Part shown: in pieces, positions 35,842 to 44,769 of the stretch
Numbering within the stretch: the stretch's first letter is position 1
Layout of the letters: each line of letters begins with the position of its first letter
Origin: Escherichia phage allfine
Sequence record: MN850633.1
Reading direction: 5' to 3' (one strand)
DNA: 64,000 bases
Made by a program: the position numbers and the translations under genes
Notes under the pieces: model-generated
Told to the model about the DNA's origin: nothing
Databases searched by the model: none
What the model saw: the letters and a program-made list of their open reading frames with translations, nothing else

Positions 35842-35918
35842 TGGTCTCTGTTGGAGGACTTGAACCTCCGGCCTTACCGCCCCAAACGGAACGCTCTACC
35901 AAGCTGAGCTAAACAGAG
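35842..35918 (-). tRNA. tRNA-Pro (anticodon UGG)
   Basis: T-arm GGAGG-ACTTGAA-CCTCC, acceptor CTCTGTT/AACAGAG exact, loop UUUGGGG. Confidence 0.55.
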
Positions 35919-36042
35919 ATAAATTTTTCAAACTCTATGTAACCACTTTAACATTATTTTTTAGTGATTGTCAAGAACTTTTTTAAAATATCTTTCAGTA
36001 TCTTAGAAAAGCTCTCGTTTCGTTTCTATGTAGAACATATTA

Positions 36043-36077
36043 AAGGGTATTAAACACATTGTCAATACCCTTTTTAA
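36043..36077. other. perfect 10 bp inverted repeat AAAGGGTATT-N15-AATACCCTTT
   Basis: Immediately 3' of the vWA gene stop; spacer contains TTGTCA. Confidence 0.35.
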
Positions 36078-36083
36078 AACTTT

Positions 36084-37499
36084 TTACCAGATGTAACGGT
36101 CAATCATTACTGCTTTGAGCATTACGCTGATTGGGTCAAACTTCTCACCACCAAGCAGAGCTTTTAAAGTGGCTGGAGAGAACCCTGATACCATTGCTAC
36201 ACCGTTATCCTTAACAGATACTTCGCAAGTACCATTACGGTTTGCTAAGTACCAGAATACCAGTTGTGGCATCTCATATCCAGCTTTTTTGTACTTACTC
36301 TGAATTGCTTCAAAGTTTGTACGACCGTTAGCTCCATCAACCTGATTGAACTCCATATCGGAGAAGATGATAAGCTTACTTGGCATATCTTTCTGAGTCA
36401 AGTTGTTTCTTTTACCTGTTTCAAGAATGCGGTCAAAAGCTGCTTGTAAGTTAGTTGAGCCATATTCAACGTGTCGCATCACCTGACGATGACGGTTTCG
36501 TAAATCACCACTCAGTTCGATGAAGTGAGGGTTTGTTGAGTAAACCATTAACTCATTCTTAAAGCAACCAGTATTGCGTTCTGCTACATACAAGGCAAGT
36601 GATACACCAATATCAAGGGCAGTGATTGAACCAAGATTCACCCAAGACATTGAGCTTGAAACATCGGTCATACACAAGATGTTCTCACCTTCTGCCATCC
36701 AGTTTGGTAGTGCTTTCCACTGCTCATTGGCAACATCTGCATTACCATGCTTGATAGACTTAATCACATCGTATGGGTAAACAGCACCAGCGTTAATCTT
36801 AGCCTCACCCTTTGAGAGTGATTCGATGTAAGCTTTGTAACGTTCTCCATCTTTACGGTTAAAGAGCTTTTGGTAACGTGCAGCAGCGAGTGAAGGAATC
36901 TTGCTGTAGTCAATCTTACCAAACTCATTAGCAGAGATTTTTTGCTCAACTGTATCAGATAGTGCAGACAACAGTGTGCGGTACTCTTTCTCACTCAAGT
37001 TGGCAAACTTGCAGAAACGTTTTATAAACTGCTTATGACGTGGTTTGACTCGTGGTAACCACTTAGCCGCCAAACCTGCTGTTGCAGGGTCTAGTAATGC
37101 TGCTTCTAGATGTTTGAAGGCATCTGTCTCGAAACGAGTACCTACGAAGATTTTGAAGTCATCAAAACGACCAAGTTCTGCAATCTTATCCATAATGCGA
37201 AGAACCTGCGTAGGCTCTAAAACTTTGTCTTCAATCGCTTGAAGTAAAACAGTTCTGAAGGCTTTACGCTCACCCATACCTTCTCGTACATCTCGCATAT
37301 GAAGCAAAATACGAACTGCAACATCAACATCCTCACGCAAAGCTTTGTAGAACAGGTCTGGTAAGATTTCTACGTTGCTACGGCTTGAACCAGCAGCTTT
37401 GTAAAAGTCTACAAGAGCAGACATTGATGAAGTATGGTTTACAGCACCATTTTCAGTTCGACCTGCATGAAGGTGCGCATGTTTAAATAATTCGCTCAT
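36084..37499 (-). CDS. vWA-domain protein with MIDAS motif and N-terminal helical domain (Ro60/TROVE-like or DUF2828-like)
   Basis: MIDAS DxSxS present as MTDVSSSM about residue 278; about 270 aa N-terminal helical region; 471 aa. Confidence 0.55.
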   Translation of the reverse strand: MSELFKHAHLHAGRTENGAVNHTSSMSALVDFYKAAGSSRSNVEILPDLFYKALREDVDVAVRILLHMRDVREGMGERKAFRTVLLQAIEDKVLEPTQVLRIMDKIAELGRFDDFKIFVGTRFETDAFKHLEAALLDPATAGLAAKWLPRVKPRHKQFIKRFCKFANLSEKEYRTLLSALSDTVEQKISANEFGKIDYSKIPSLAAARYQKLFNRKDGERYKAYIESLSKGEAKINAGAVYPYDVIKSIKHGNADVANEQWKALPNWMAEGENILCMTDVSSSMSWVNLGSITALDIGVSLALYVAERNTGCFKNELMVYSTNPHFIELSGDLRNRHRQVMRHVEYGSTNLQAAFDRILETGKRNNLTQKDMPSKLIIFSDMEFNQVDGANGRTNFEAIQSKYKKAGYEMPQLVFWYLANRNGTCEVSVKDNGVAMVSGFSPATLKALLGGEKFDPISVMLKAVMIDRYIW

Positions 37500-37580
37500 A
37501 TTTTACTCTCTTCTCTCATTTGTTTGTTGATGTGACAGACTTTAGAGCAACTTTGTAGAGTCTGTCAACACCTTTTAAAA

Positions 37581-37952
37581 TTATTTTTTGAGAGTCGCTA
37601 CAGCAGAGAACGTTGGTTTGTTATCTGTCTGAGACTGACCACCATTATCAGGGGTCTTCTTAGTGTCTGCTGCAATCGCTTTCATCTCACCTGCTGAGTG
37701 AGTCATGATGGTTTTACCAGCCTCCATCATCGACTTCAGGTTTACATCGTCAGTCGTCAAACCGAACTCTGCAAGCTTAGCAGCATCCCTTGTAACAACC
37801 GCCTCAAACAACTTTGCAGCAAACTCAGCAGAATTATCAATGGTCAGTTGAGCTTTTACAAGTGAGCTTTTGTTACGAGAGCCTTTTGGTCTTCCAGATG
37901 GGTTTCCAGACTGGCCTTTTTTAAACTGGCCTTTGTTTGTTCTGTTTTTCAT
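37581..37952 (-). CDS. basic protein with GNPSGRPKGS motif
   Basis: ORF in track; Lys/Arg-rich N-terminus. Confidence 0.45.
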   Translation of the reverse strand: MKNRTNKGQFKKGQSGNPSGRPKGSRNKSSLVKAQLTIDNSAEFAAKLFEAVVTRDAAKLAEFGLTTDDVNLKSMMEAGKTIMTHSAGEMKAIAADTKKTPDNGGQSQTDNKPTFSAVATLKK

Positions 37953-37989
37953 TGGTATGCCTCTTATAAGACCTCTTAAAAGGCTTTTA

Positions 37990-38020
37990 AGATAAAAGAT
38001 AGATATCCAGAAAGATATCT
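37990..38020. promoter_or_regulatory. palindromic operator-like site in divergent intergenic region
   Basis: AGATATC-CAGAA-AGATATCT centred near 38005, between divergently transcribed genes. Confidence 0.4.
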
Positions 38021-38127
38021 GTTTAAATAGCCTTTTTAGAGGAACCTTTTAAGTTATCTTCTAAGTATTTATAAGCCTACACCTTGTCAAGTACTTTGTC
38101 AACAACTTTTTTAACTTGCAATAGTTC

Positions 38128-38156
38128 TTGACTTGTTGTATGGATTACTGTACCAT
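38128..38156 (+). promoter_or_regulatory. candidate sigma70-like promoter TTGACT-17-TACCAT
   Basis: Hexamers at 38128-38133 and 38151-38156; GGAG RBS before ATG 38203. Confidence 0.35.
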
Positions 38157-38202
38157 CTTACTTAAAGCTGTAGGTCTGCCTTGTTCTACAAAGGAGACTT
38201 AA

Positions 38203-38363
38203 TGAGAAAATCAAACAACCCGAAGAAAGGTAAAAATACCAATCACTGTAAGGAATCAAAAAGGGTAGAGTTACTCTACTATTCATCCTCTGAAATTGGT
38301 CTGTACCTGTTCTTTCAAAATTACAGAAGACAAGAGGATTATCTATGTGTAGTTCCCAATTAG
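38203..38363 (+). CDS. small basic protein (53 aa)
   Basis: Track ORF 38181-38363; ATG 38203 preceded by AAAGGAG. Confidence 0.4.
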
Positions 38364-38578
38364 AAATCGCAGATATTATAGATTTATATCAAACTGCAAA
38401 GAGTCATGGCTATATAACCTCAATTGGAAAGAATAGTCACTATGATGCTTTGACTGGAATGTATTTCAGGGCAATGGCTCAATCTAGTGAACAACACTTA
38501 ATGGTTTCTTCCAGTGAGTTTACTTCGTTTCTCTATTGCAGCAAAATTATAAATCGCAGGAGAACTGAAAAATGTTAA
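38345..38578 (+). CDS. hypothetical protein (77 aa)
   Basis: ORF in track. Confidence 0.4.
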   Translation: MCSSQLEIADIIDLYQTAKSHGYITSIGKNSHYDALTGMYFRAMAQSSEQHLMVSSSEFTSFLYCSKIINRRRTEKC

Positions 38579-39162
38579 CAGTAAGTTTTAATTACAATAG
38601 TGATGGCTCTGTATCAATTAACTCACCTTATGCAAATGACCTACTTAAAGAGCTAGTCAATCAGTGTGAGAGGGGTCTTCACTATGTTCAAAATTCTTTT
38701 AAACAGAAGACTATTGCTAATAACTTGATGCGTGTAACAGTGACGGCATCGAATCCAAATTATGACTTTGATAGCGAAAGTCCGTACTCATTAGTTGCGC
38801 TTGGAGAGAGCAGCCAATTCAAACTTGTTTGCCACGACTCAGAAACATTTCTTAAGGTATTTTCCAACCTTATCCATAATAATAAGTACAGCTACGTTGA
38901 TGGTAGTGTAAACTTCTATCCAGCAAACTATACATGTTTGTTGGTTGATAATATGAGAAAAAGTAAGCAAGAGCCTACAGAAATTTCATTTGATGTGAAC
39001 TCTAGTCCAGACGCAGAAACAAGTAAGAACTTTGATATGAGTTACGCATTGTCACTCAGTAAGAAATCCGAGTTCATTGATTATGTCAATGGATTTGGTT
39101 TTAAGTTTGATGAGAGTATGAATCTTAAAAAACTTAAGAACCTACTTAAGACCAAAGCTTAA
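38572..39162 (+). CDS. hypothetical protein (196 aa)
   Basis: ORF in track. Confidence 0.45.
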   Translation: MLTVSFNYNSDGSVSINSPYANDLLKELVNQCERGLHYVQNSFKQKTIANNLMRVTVTASNPNYDFDSESPYSLVALGESSQFKLVCHDSETFLKVFSNLIHNNKYSYVDGSVNFYPANYTCLLVDNMRKSKQEPTEISFDVNSSPDAETSKNFDMSYALSLSKKSEFIDYVNGFGFKFDESMNLKKLKNLLKTKA

Positions 39163-39209
39163 GTGTGAATAGGGGCTGATGCCCCTTTAACTATTTATAA
39201 GGATATTTA

Positions 39210-39581
39210 ATGAAAGCTAAGAGTGCAAAAGACTTTTATTGCTTCCTACAATCCTATATCAATTCCGTGCAAAATGGTGAAAGGTACAACCTTAATGATG
39301 TTATCCCAACACCTTTGACATGGAGACTCAGTAAATGGCCTGAAGAAGATATTACACCAACAAGCGAACAGCGTACCTACAAACCTGAAATCAATATTCC
39401 AGATTCTGAGAATCTATTATATCCAATGTTCCATATCGTTGGTCTTGGAAGATTCCTTATGGATATCCAGTATGTAATTGGTAAAGGTTATAAGGTTAAA
39501 GTTATTGTTGTTGGTGATGTATCTCCGCATCACAAAGGTTATTTTAGACTAAACGCACATTTAGAGGCTAAAAAGAAATGA
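39210..39581 (+). CDS. hypothetical protein, paralog of N-terminal domain of next gene
   Basis: Alignable by eye to N-terminus of 39578-40462 (shared W-P-E-x-D-I and F-x-M-D-x-Q-Y segments). Confidence 0.45.
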   Translation: MKAKSAKDFYCFLQSYINSVQNGERYNLNDVIPTPLTWRLSKWPEEDITPTSEQRTYKPEINIPDSENLLYPMFHIVGLGRFLMDIQYVIGKGYKVKVIVVGDVSPHHKGYFRLNAHLEAKKK

Positions 39582-40462
39582 TTAAAGCAAAGACTTACCC
39601 AGACTTCAAAGAGTTTGTGAAGGGTTTCATTGCAAATGTAAAGGCTGGTAAGAGATATGATTTTAGAACATATCAAGAGGCTATTTTACCACTTACCTAT
39701 AGTTCATATTGGCCTGAAGCTGATATTGCAGAAGTTGAGAAGTTTGACTACAAACCAGACTACAAAGTTCCATTTAGTGATGAATTGCTTTACAGTGTTG
39801 GTGCACAGATGAGAACTGCTGATTTCTTCATGGATTTGCAGTATGCAATCATCAATGGTAAAGATGTTGACACAATTTACTGTGAATGGTTGGCAAGAGT
39901 TAAGCCGTTCTCAATGTTGAATGCTAAGTTGAAGGATGCTATTAAGCCACCATCAATTACTCAGCAACCAACAGGTCAAACAGTCAATGAGGGTGGCACA
40001 CTTACTCTAAGCATTCTAGCAACTAACGCCACTGGATATCAATGGAAAAAGGATGGTGAGGACATCCCTAGTGCCAATTCTGCAACTTACACAAAACAGT
40101 CAGTAGCACCTTCTGACGCTGGTTCATACACTTGTGTTGTATCTGGAGAGGGTGGAACAAGTGTTACCTCAGATGCAGCAACAGTTACTGTGAATGCACT
40201 TCCAGTAATCACTCAACAGCCAACCAATCAAGAAATCACTGAAGGTGATACCTTAACGCTGAATGTTGTGGCAACAGGTGCAACAAGTTACCAGTGGAAG
40301 AAAGGTGAGGAAGACATCCTCGATGCAACTACTGCAACTTACACCAAAGAAGGTGCAACCGCTGCTGATTCAGGAAGCTACACCTGTGTAGTTACTGGTG
40401 CAGGTGGCTCTGTAACATCTAACGCAGCAACAGTTACAGTTAATCCAGCAGGGGAGGCATAA
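39578..40462 (+). CDS. protein with two tandem Ig-like domains
   Basis: Two ~85 aa repeats each containing ITQQPT...GxTLTL...YQWKK...TATYTK...DSGSYTCVV...ATVTVN, an Ig-like strand pattern. Confidence 0.55.
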   Translation: MIKAKTYPDFKEFVKGFIANVKAGKRYDFRTYQEAILPLTYSSYWPEADIAEVEKFDYKPDYKVPFSDELLYSVGAQMRTADFFMDLQYAIINGKDVDTIYCEWLARVKPFSMLNAKLKDAIKPPSITQQPTGQTVNEGGTLTLSILATNATGYQWKKDGEDIPSANSATYTKQSVAPSDAGSYTCVVSGEGGTSVTSDAATVTVNALPVITQQPTNQEITEGDTLTLNVVATGATSYQWKKGEEDILDATTATYTKEGATAADSGSYTCVVTGAGGSVTSNAATVTVNPAGEA

Positions 40463-40926
40463 TGCAACTCTCAAGAAAAGGTTTAGAGGCTATTAAGTTC
40501 TTTGAAGGTCTGAAGTTAGAGGCTTACGAAGACTCTGCCGGAATCCCAACAATCGGTTATGGAACAATCCGTATTGGTGGGAAGCCTGTTAAGATGGGTA
40601 TGAAAATTACGGCTGAACAAGCTGAACAGTATCTTCTTGCAGATGTTGAAAAATTCGTTGCAGCAGTTAACAAAGCTATCAAGGTTCCAACTTCTCAGAA
40701 TGAGTTTGATGCACTTGTAAGTGAAACATACAACATTGGTATCACGGCTATGCAGGACTCCACATTTATCAAGCGCCACAATGCTGGTAATAAGGTTGGT
40801 TGTGCAGAAGCTATGCAGTGGTGGAACAAGGTCACAGTCAAAGGTAAGAAGGTCACTTCAAACGGCCTGAAAAACAGACGTAGAATGGAAGCTGACATTT
40901 ATCTTGACAGTGTATATCCAAAGTAA
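40462..40926 (+). CDS. endolysin, GH24 (T4-type) lysozyme
   Basis: N-terminal GLKLEAYEDSAGIPTIGYG catalytic region of phage lysozymes. Confidence 0.75.
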   Translation: MQLSRKGLEAIKFFEGLKLEAYEDSAGIPTIGYGTIRIGGKPVKMGMKITAEQAEQYLLADVEKFVAAVNKAIKVPTSQNEFDALVSETYNIGITAMQDSTFIKRHNAGNKVGCAEAMQWWNKVTVKGKKVTSNGLKNRRRMEADIYLDSVYPK

Positions 40927-40935
40927 TATCTTCAT

Positions 40936-40960
40936 AGGCTCCTTCGGGAGCCTTTTTTAT
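40936..40960 (+). terminator. intrinsic terminator after endolysin
   Basis: GGCTCC-TTCG-GGAGCC followed by TTTTTTATTTT. Confidence 0.6.
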
Positions 40961-40977
40961 TTTCTAAGGAGAAAACT

Positions 40978-41376
40978 ATGAAGCTTTGGGCTAGTGACTT
41001 TGGGACTTTTAAGTACACTCGTGATGGTTCAATGGTGAGAATTATTGGCAGCCAGATTGTAGTAATGGGTGATGAGGTTTGTACAAAGTTCACTGTAGAG
41101 TTAGCTGAACTATCACCTATTACCCGTGCTAAGAATGGGTTTTTCAGGTTCGAGACTTACAAAGTAGATGAGTACGGGAGGTTCAACCCTCTTGGAGAGA
41201 GTGGATTAGATATTATTTCTGAACACCCATTGACAGCAGAGCAATTGTCAGGTTATTATAAAACTCTACTTGAAAGAGAGTTAGCAACCCATGAGTGTGA
41301 AGCAAAATACCACATAGAGCGTTGTGAAACTCTCAAAGAAAAGATAAAACTAGCAGAGAGAGGTTTTTATGAATAA
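40978..41376 (+). CDS. hypothetical protein (132 aa)
   Basis: ORF in track. Confidence 0.45.
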   Translation: MKLWASDFGTFKYTRDGSMVRIIGSQIVVMGDEVCTKFTVELAELSPITRAKNGFFRFETYKVDEYGRFNPLGESGLDIISEHPLTAEQLSGYYKTLLERELATHECEAKYHIERCETLKEKIKLAERGFYE

Positions 41377-41764
41377 TAACAGTCATATCCATGTTAAAGT
41401 TGATGTCAGTCGTTACAGCGAAAATGAGGAACTAGACCTGCAAGATGCTCTTCTCTTTGAGAAGAATGGCAATCTTCATTTGCATTTTGAAGGTACGAAT
41501 ACATATCTCCACAGATGCCGAGATGATGCAGACGGTTGTCCTGTTTTTGCTTGGTATAATTTAGAGTTTCCTCTTTATGCAATCCACTATCCAGATGGTG
41601 GAGAAGACTGGACAACTCAATCAATCTTTGATGAGCTTAATGGTGTTCCCGTTGAGCAAGAAGAGCAAGAACCTGTTGAACTTACATTCACTTTTATCAA
41701 AGAAGAGAAAGTAGGTGACTTGTCAGTAACTGAAGCAATTCAAGTCTCACAGGTTATTCGTTAA
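41369..41764 (+). CDS. hypothetical protein (131 aa)
   Basis: ORF in track. Confidence 0.45.
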   Translation: MNNNSHIHVKVDVSRYSENEELDLQDALLFEKNGNLHLHFEGTNTYLHRCRDDADGCPVFAWYNLEFPLYAIHYPDGGEDWTTQSIFDELNGVPVEQEEQEPVELTFTFIKEEKVGDLSVTEAIQVSQVIR

Positions 41765-42057
41765 TGAGTAAATTACAGGTTGTTTTCCCTATTTGTGACT
41801 TCTCACTAGAGCGTGAACTTGACCTGTACGAAGAAATTACTGACGAAATTATCTGGTCTGTTGTAGAAGAGGCTATCAAGAAGCTGTATGGTGGCCTCTT
41901 AAATCCATCAAGTAAGAAGTTAAGCACTAAGCAAGTAGCTGACCCATATATTTCATACGATGCCTACAACAAACCTTTTGAAAATACCTGCTTTGACCTT
42001 ATGGTAGGTAATAACAAAGTCAACTATTTCTTCGTCAGAGAGTTTAACGATGAGTAA
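41764..42057 (+). CDS. hypothetical protein (97 aa)
   Basis: ORF in track. Confidence 0.45.
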   Translation: MSKLQVVFPICDFSLERELDLYEEITDEIIWSVVEEAIKKLYGGLLNPSSKKLSTKQVADPYISYDAYNKPFENTCFDLMVGNNKVNYFFVREFNDE

Positions 42058-42394
42058 GCTCCATGTCACAGTGTACAAAAACTTCTCAGATATTAAAGAG
42101 TCTTTAACAAATAAGCTTGACTTACAACGTAAAAGACTCTTTTTAATGTACGATATAGACAACTACAACCATCCTAAAGAGTTTAACTACAAAGATGGTA
42201 CAAAGGTTGTTGAGTTTGAAGATTCTGTGACGGTATATGTCAAGCATGACTTACCAGCAAAGTACATAGGGATGCTAGAGTACTACATATTCAAACATAC
42301 TGGTATGCGTGGTGAATCTGTCAAGATATCTTCTATAGAAGTTTTTGAGAAACCTAACACACAACTTAAAAAGTATTTAATGAGGAAACTGTAA
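42050..42394 (+). CDS. hypothetical protein (114 aa)
   Basis: ORF in track. Confidence 0.45.
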   Translation: MSKLHVTVYKNFSDIKESLTNKLDLQRKRLFLMYDIDNYNHPKEFNYKDGTKVVEFEDSVTVYVKHDLPAKYIGMLEYYIFKHTGMRGESVKISSIEVFEKPNTQLKKYLMRKL

Positions 42395-42975
42395 TGTCCG
42401 AAGAGCAACAGGATATCATTCCACAAGTAACACTTGTACAACACTTTGGAAATATTGAAGGGTGTGTTGCACTTTTTCAACCAAGCATCAACTCTCCTGC
42501 AAAAGTTTGCAAGCTGACTATGAATGTTAACAACATCAGTGTTTGCCTTGTGGAAGAAGTTCAATATTTCAAGTTTAATGACAGAGAGGTTGATGCTGCA
42601 CTCTTGAAGTATCGAGCAAACCTCGAAAAAGATATTGACCACAAAGAACTTGTAACATTGTTTGGTGACCTTCACAAGCTTCTTGAAAAGGTTATTAAGC
42701 GCACATATTACATGAACAATGGTTCAATCATCACCACTTTGATTTCACCATGTATTTCAGAGCCAATTTTAACTGATGACGGTGGATACTACGTGGTAGC
42801 ATCAGCAGACTCTGATTGGTGGATGAAGAACACAGCACTTAAAACAGTGATTGAGGCTATCCGCGAACATATCCCTTCATTCAGCCCGTGGAAAGGTAAA
42901 AGTGATGATTTCATTGCACTATTGAGTGAAGAGAGTAACAAGCGCAGTGCATTGCTGCCTAAAAAATACTCTTGA
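42394..42975 (+). CDS. hypothetical protein (193 aa)
   Basis: ORF in track. Confidence 0.45.
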   Translation: MSEEQQDIIPQVTLVQHFGNIEGCVALFQPSINSPAKVCKLTMNVNNISVCLVEEVQYFKFNDREVDAALLKYRANLEKDIDHKELVTLFGDLHKLLEKVIKRTYYMNNGSIITTLISPCISEPILTDDGGYYVVASADSDWWMKNTALKTVIEAIREHIPSFSPWKGKSDDFIALLSEESNKRSALLPKKYS

Positions 42976-43058
42976 CCGAGTATACAATATTGACTATGAT
43001 GGGAGCTATCGAGAGGTAGTTCCCTTTTTAGTTTCTAGATAAGAGACATGGTAAAAGA

Positions 43059-43277
43059 ATGAAAAAGTTAACTACAGTTGAAGATTACTACAAACTTTCC
43101 CTGTTAGAACAGTATCGTAGAAGCCAGAATATCAGAAAATGCTACGGTAAACACGCTGAAGGTGACTTTTACCGTTGCTATGATGCAGATTTAAAAGGCG
43201 TAACACCTAGAGGGAAAGTCCTGCAAAGACTTGTTGACCTTGAGTGGAACAAACGATTGAGAGGGGTTGGAAAATGA
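43059..43277 (+). CDS. hypothetical protein (72 aa)
   Basis: ORF in track. Confidence 0.4.
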   Translation: MKKLTTVEDYYKLSLLEQYRRSQNIRKCYGKHAEGDFYRCYDADLKGVTPRGKVLQRLVDLEWNKRLRGVGK

Positions 43278-43777
43278 TTTACGAAGAAAGATACAAGATA
43301 GATTTTCAAGATACTTGCCATCATACTTCTTTAAGAGTGACGAAACCAAATGGAGAGGTTGGTATCATAGCACATTTTGGTGGTGATTATTGGTATGGTA
43401 CAGGTTGCTTTGAAGGCTACACTCAAGAATACCTGAAAGCTTTCTACAGAGACTTTGCAAATGACTACAACAGAGTTGTTGACGAAAAGAATAAGTGCAT
43501 TAAGCATGAACACCATGCCAGAGGCTGCCTAAGTATTGTTATGGTACTGGCGTTCTTCTTAGCAATGCTACTGGCAGTATCAGCAATTAGCTGCATAGCT
43601 CAAGATTTGACAATTACACAGATTACTACAAAGATACACGATATCTGGTACTTGTATGCTGTTCCTTTAGCTGGTATCATCATCTCACTAATAAGGTTCA
43701 GAGTTCATAAGAAACGCCTTAAGGACTCTGAGGTTAAACTTGAAGAGGTAAGTAAAGAATGCAACCTACAATTATAG
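43244..43777 (+). CDS. membrane protein (177 aa)
   Basis: Two hydrophobic segments in C-terminal half (VMVLAFFLAMLLAV, LAGIIISLI). Confidence 0.45.
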   Translation: MEQTIERGWKMIYEERYKIDFQDTCHHTSLRVTKPNGEVGIIAHFGGDYWYGTGCFEGYTQEYLKAFYRDFANDYNRVVDEKNKCIKHEHHARGCLSIVMVLAFFLAMLLAVSAISCIAQDLTITQITTKIHDIWYLYAVPLAGIIISLIRFRVHKKRLKDSEVKLEEVSKECNLQL

Positions 43778-43853
43778 CTGTATGTGTTCGTTTTGCAATC
43801 GCTGAAATGATTAACAAGGCAATCTTAAAAGATGCCTATGGAGAGACTAAGTA

Positions 43854-44078
43854 ATGATTAAAACACCTGTACCAATTTTTGGATTTCCTTCTATAGAAGA
43901 GTTTAAAGTTTATCTTGACAAAAACTTCTACAACGAGCAGCCTGTTACTTTGCTGAAGAGTGACTTATCAGAGCTTCTTGATATGGTTATCAAGGCAACT
44001 CCTGAGAAGGAGCCTGAACAGAAAGCTGAGAAGAAGACTAGTAAGAAATCCGATAAGAAGACTGAAAAGTCTGAGTAG
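43854..44078 (+). CDS. hypothetical protein with Lys/Glu-rich tail (74 aa)
   Basis: ORF in track. Confidence 0.4.
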   Translation: MIKTPVPIFGFPSIEEFKVYLDKNFYNEQPVTLLKSDLSELLDMVIKATPEKEPEQKAEKKTSKKSDKKTEKSE

Positions 44079-44132
44079 TAACTTGAGGGGTTACTTGATA
44101 GCCCCTTTGTAGAAACTTAGAAGGTAGCGAAT

Positions 44133-44684
44133 ATGCAAGTTTTTAAAGATGTAAAAGAGGTTGAAGGTAACTACCTAGTACTTGATTGGAATGATATTCG
44201 GGAAGCACTCTCCGAAGAAAATCTTGACTGGTTTGAACAAATTATCTTTGCAGTACGGCATAACAGAGAAGTTGAAAATGGTAAAGAGCCATTAGAAGGA
44301 ATCTTTGTAGAGAAGTCTTATCAGTTCTATGAAGACACTTTACAGAAAGTTAAAATGTACTTCAGACAGAAGAACCGTAAAGTGGTCACTATGGTGTCTC
44401 TTGGTGGACAGAGTATGTCTATTATGGAAGATATCAACCCTAAGAGGCCGAGTAAAGGTGTCTGTATAAAAATCACAGGCCATGAAGAGTATATCTCAGC
44501 AAGTGATTTTAGTGTATTCTGTAATGGTTCTGCTGTATTTAATGGGTTTCATTATGATATCCGAGTGTACCCAATTAAGGGAGATGATATCATGATGCAG
44601 GTATTCGATAACAACAATGGGTTCACTCATTTTTACCAGACAACTAAGTCATCCTTGAAGACAGTTTTAGAAAGCCTGATTTAA
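44133..44684 (+). CDS. hypothetical protein (183 aa)
   Basis: ORF in track. Confidence 0.45.
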   Translation: MQVFKDVKEVEGNYLVLDWNDIREALSEENLDWFEQIIFAVRHNREVENGKEPLEGIFVEKSYQFYEDTLQKVKMYFRQKNRKVVTMVSLGGQSMSIMEDINPKRPSKGVCIKITGHEEYISASDFSVFCNGSAVFNGFHYDIRVYPIKGDDIMMQVFDNNNGFTHFYQTTKSSLKTVLESLI

Positions 44685-44699
44685 AATATCTTAAGAGCC

Positions 44700-44726
44700 T
44701 CCTTAATTGGGGGTTTTTTAATTTTT
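44700..44726 (+). terminator. intrinsic terminator closing the plus-strand block
   Basis: GC-rich stem then TTTTTTAATTTTTT. Confidence 0.45.
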
Positions 44727-44769
44727 TATAAAATTTTATCGGTTGTCCCAACCTCTGGGTCACCATCAT

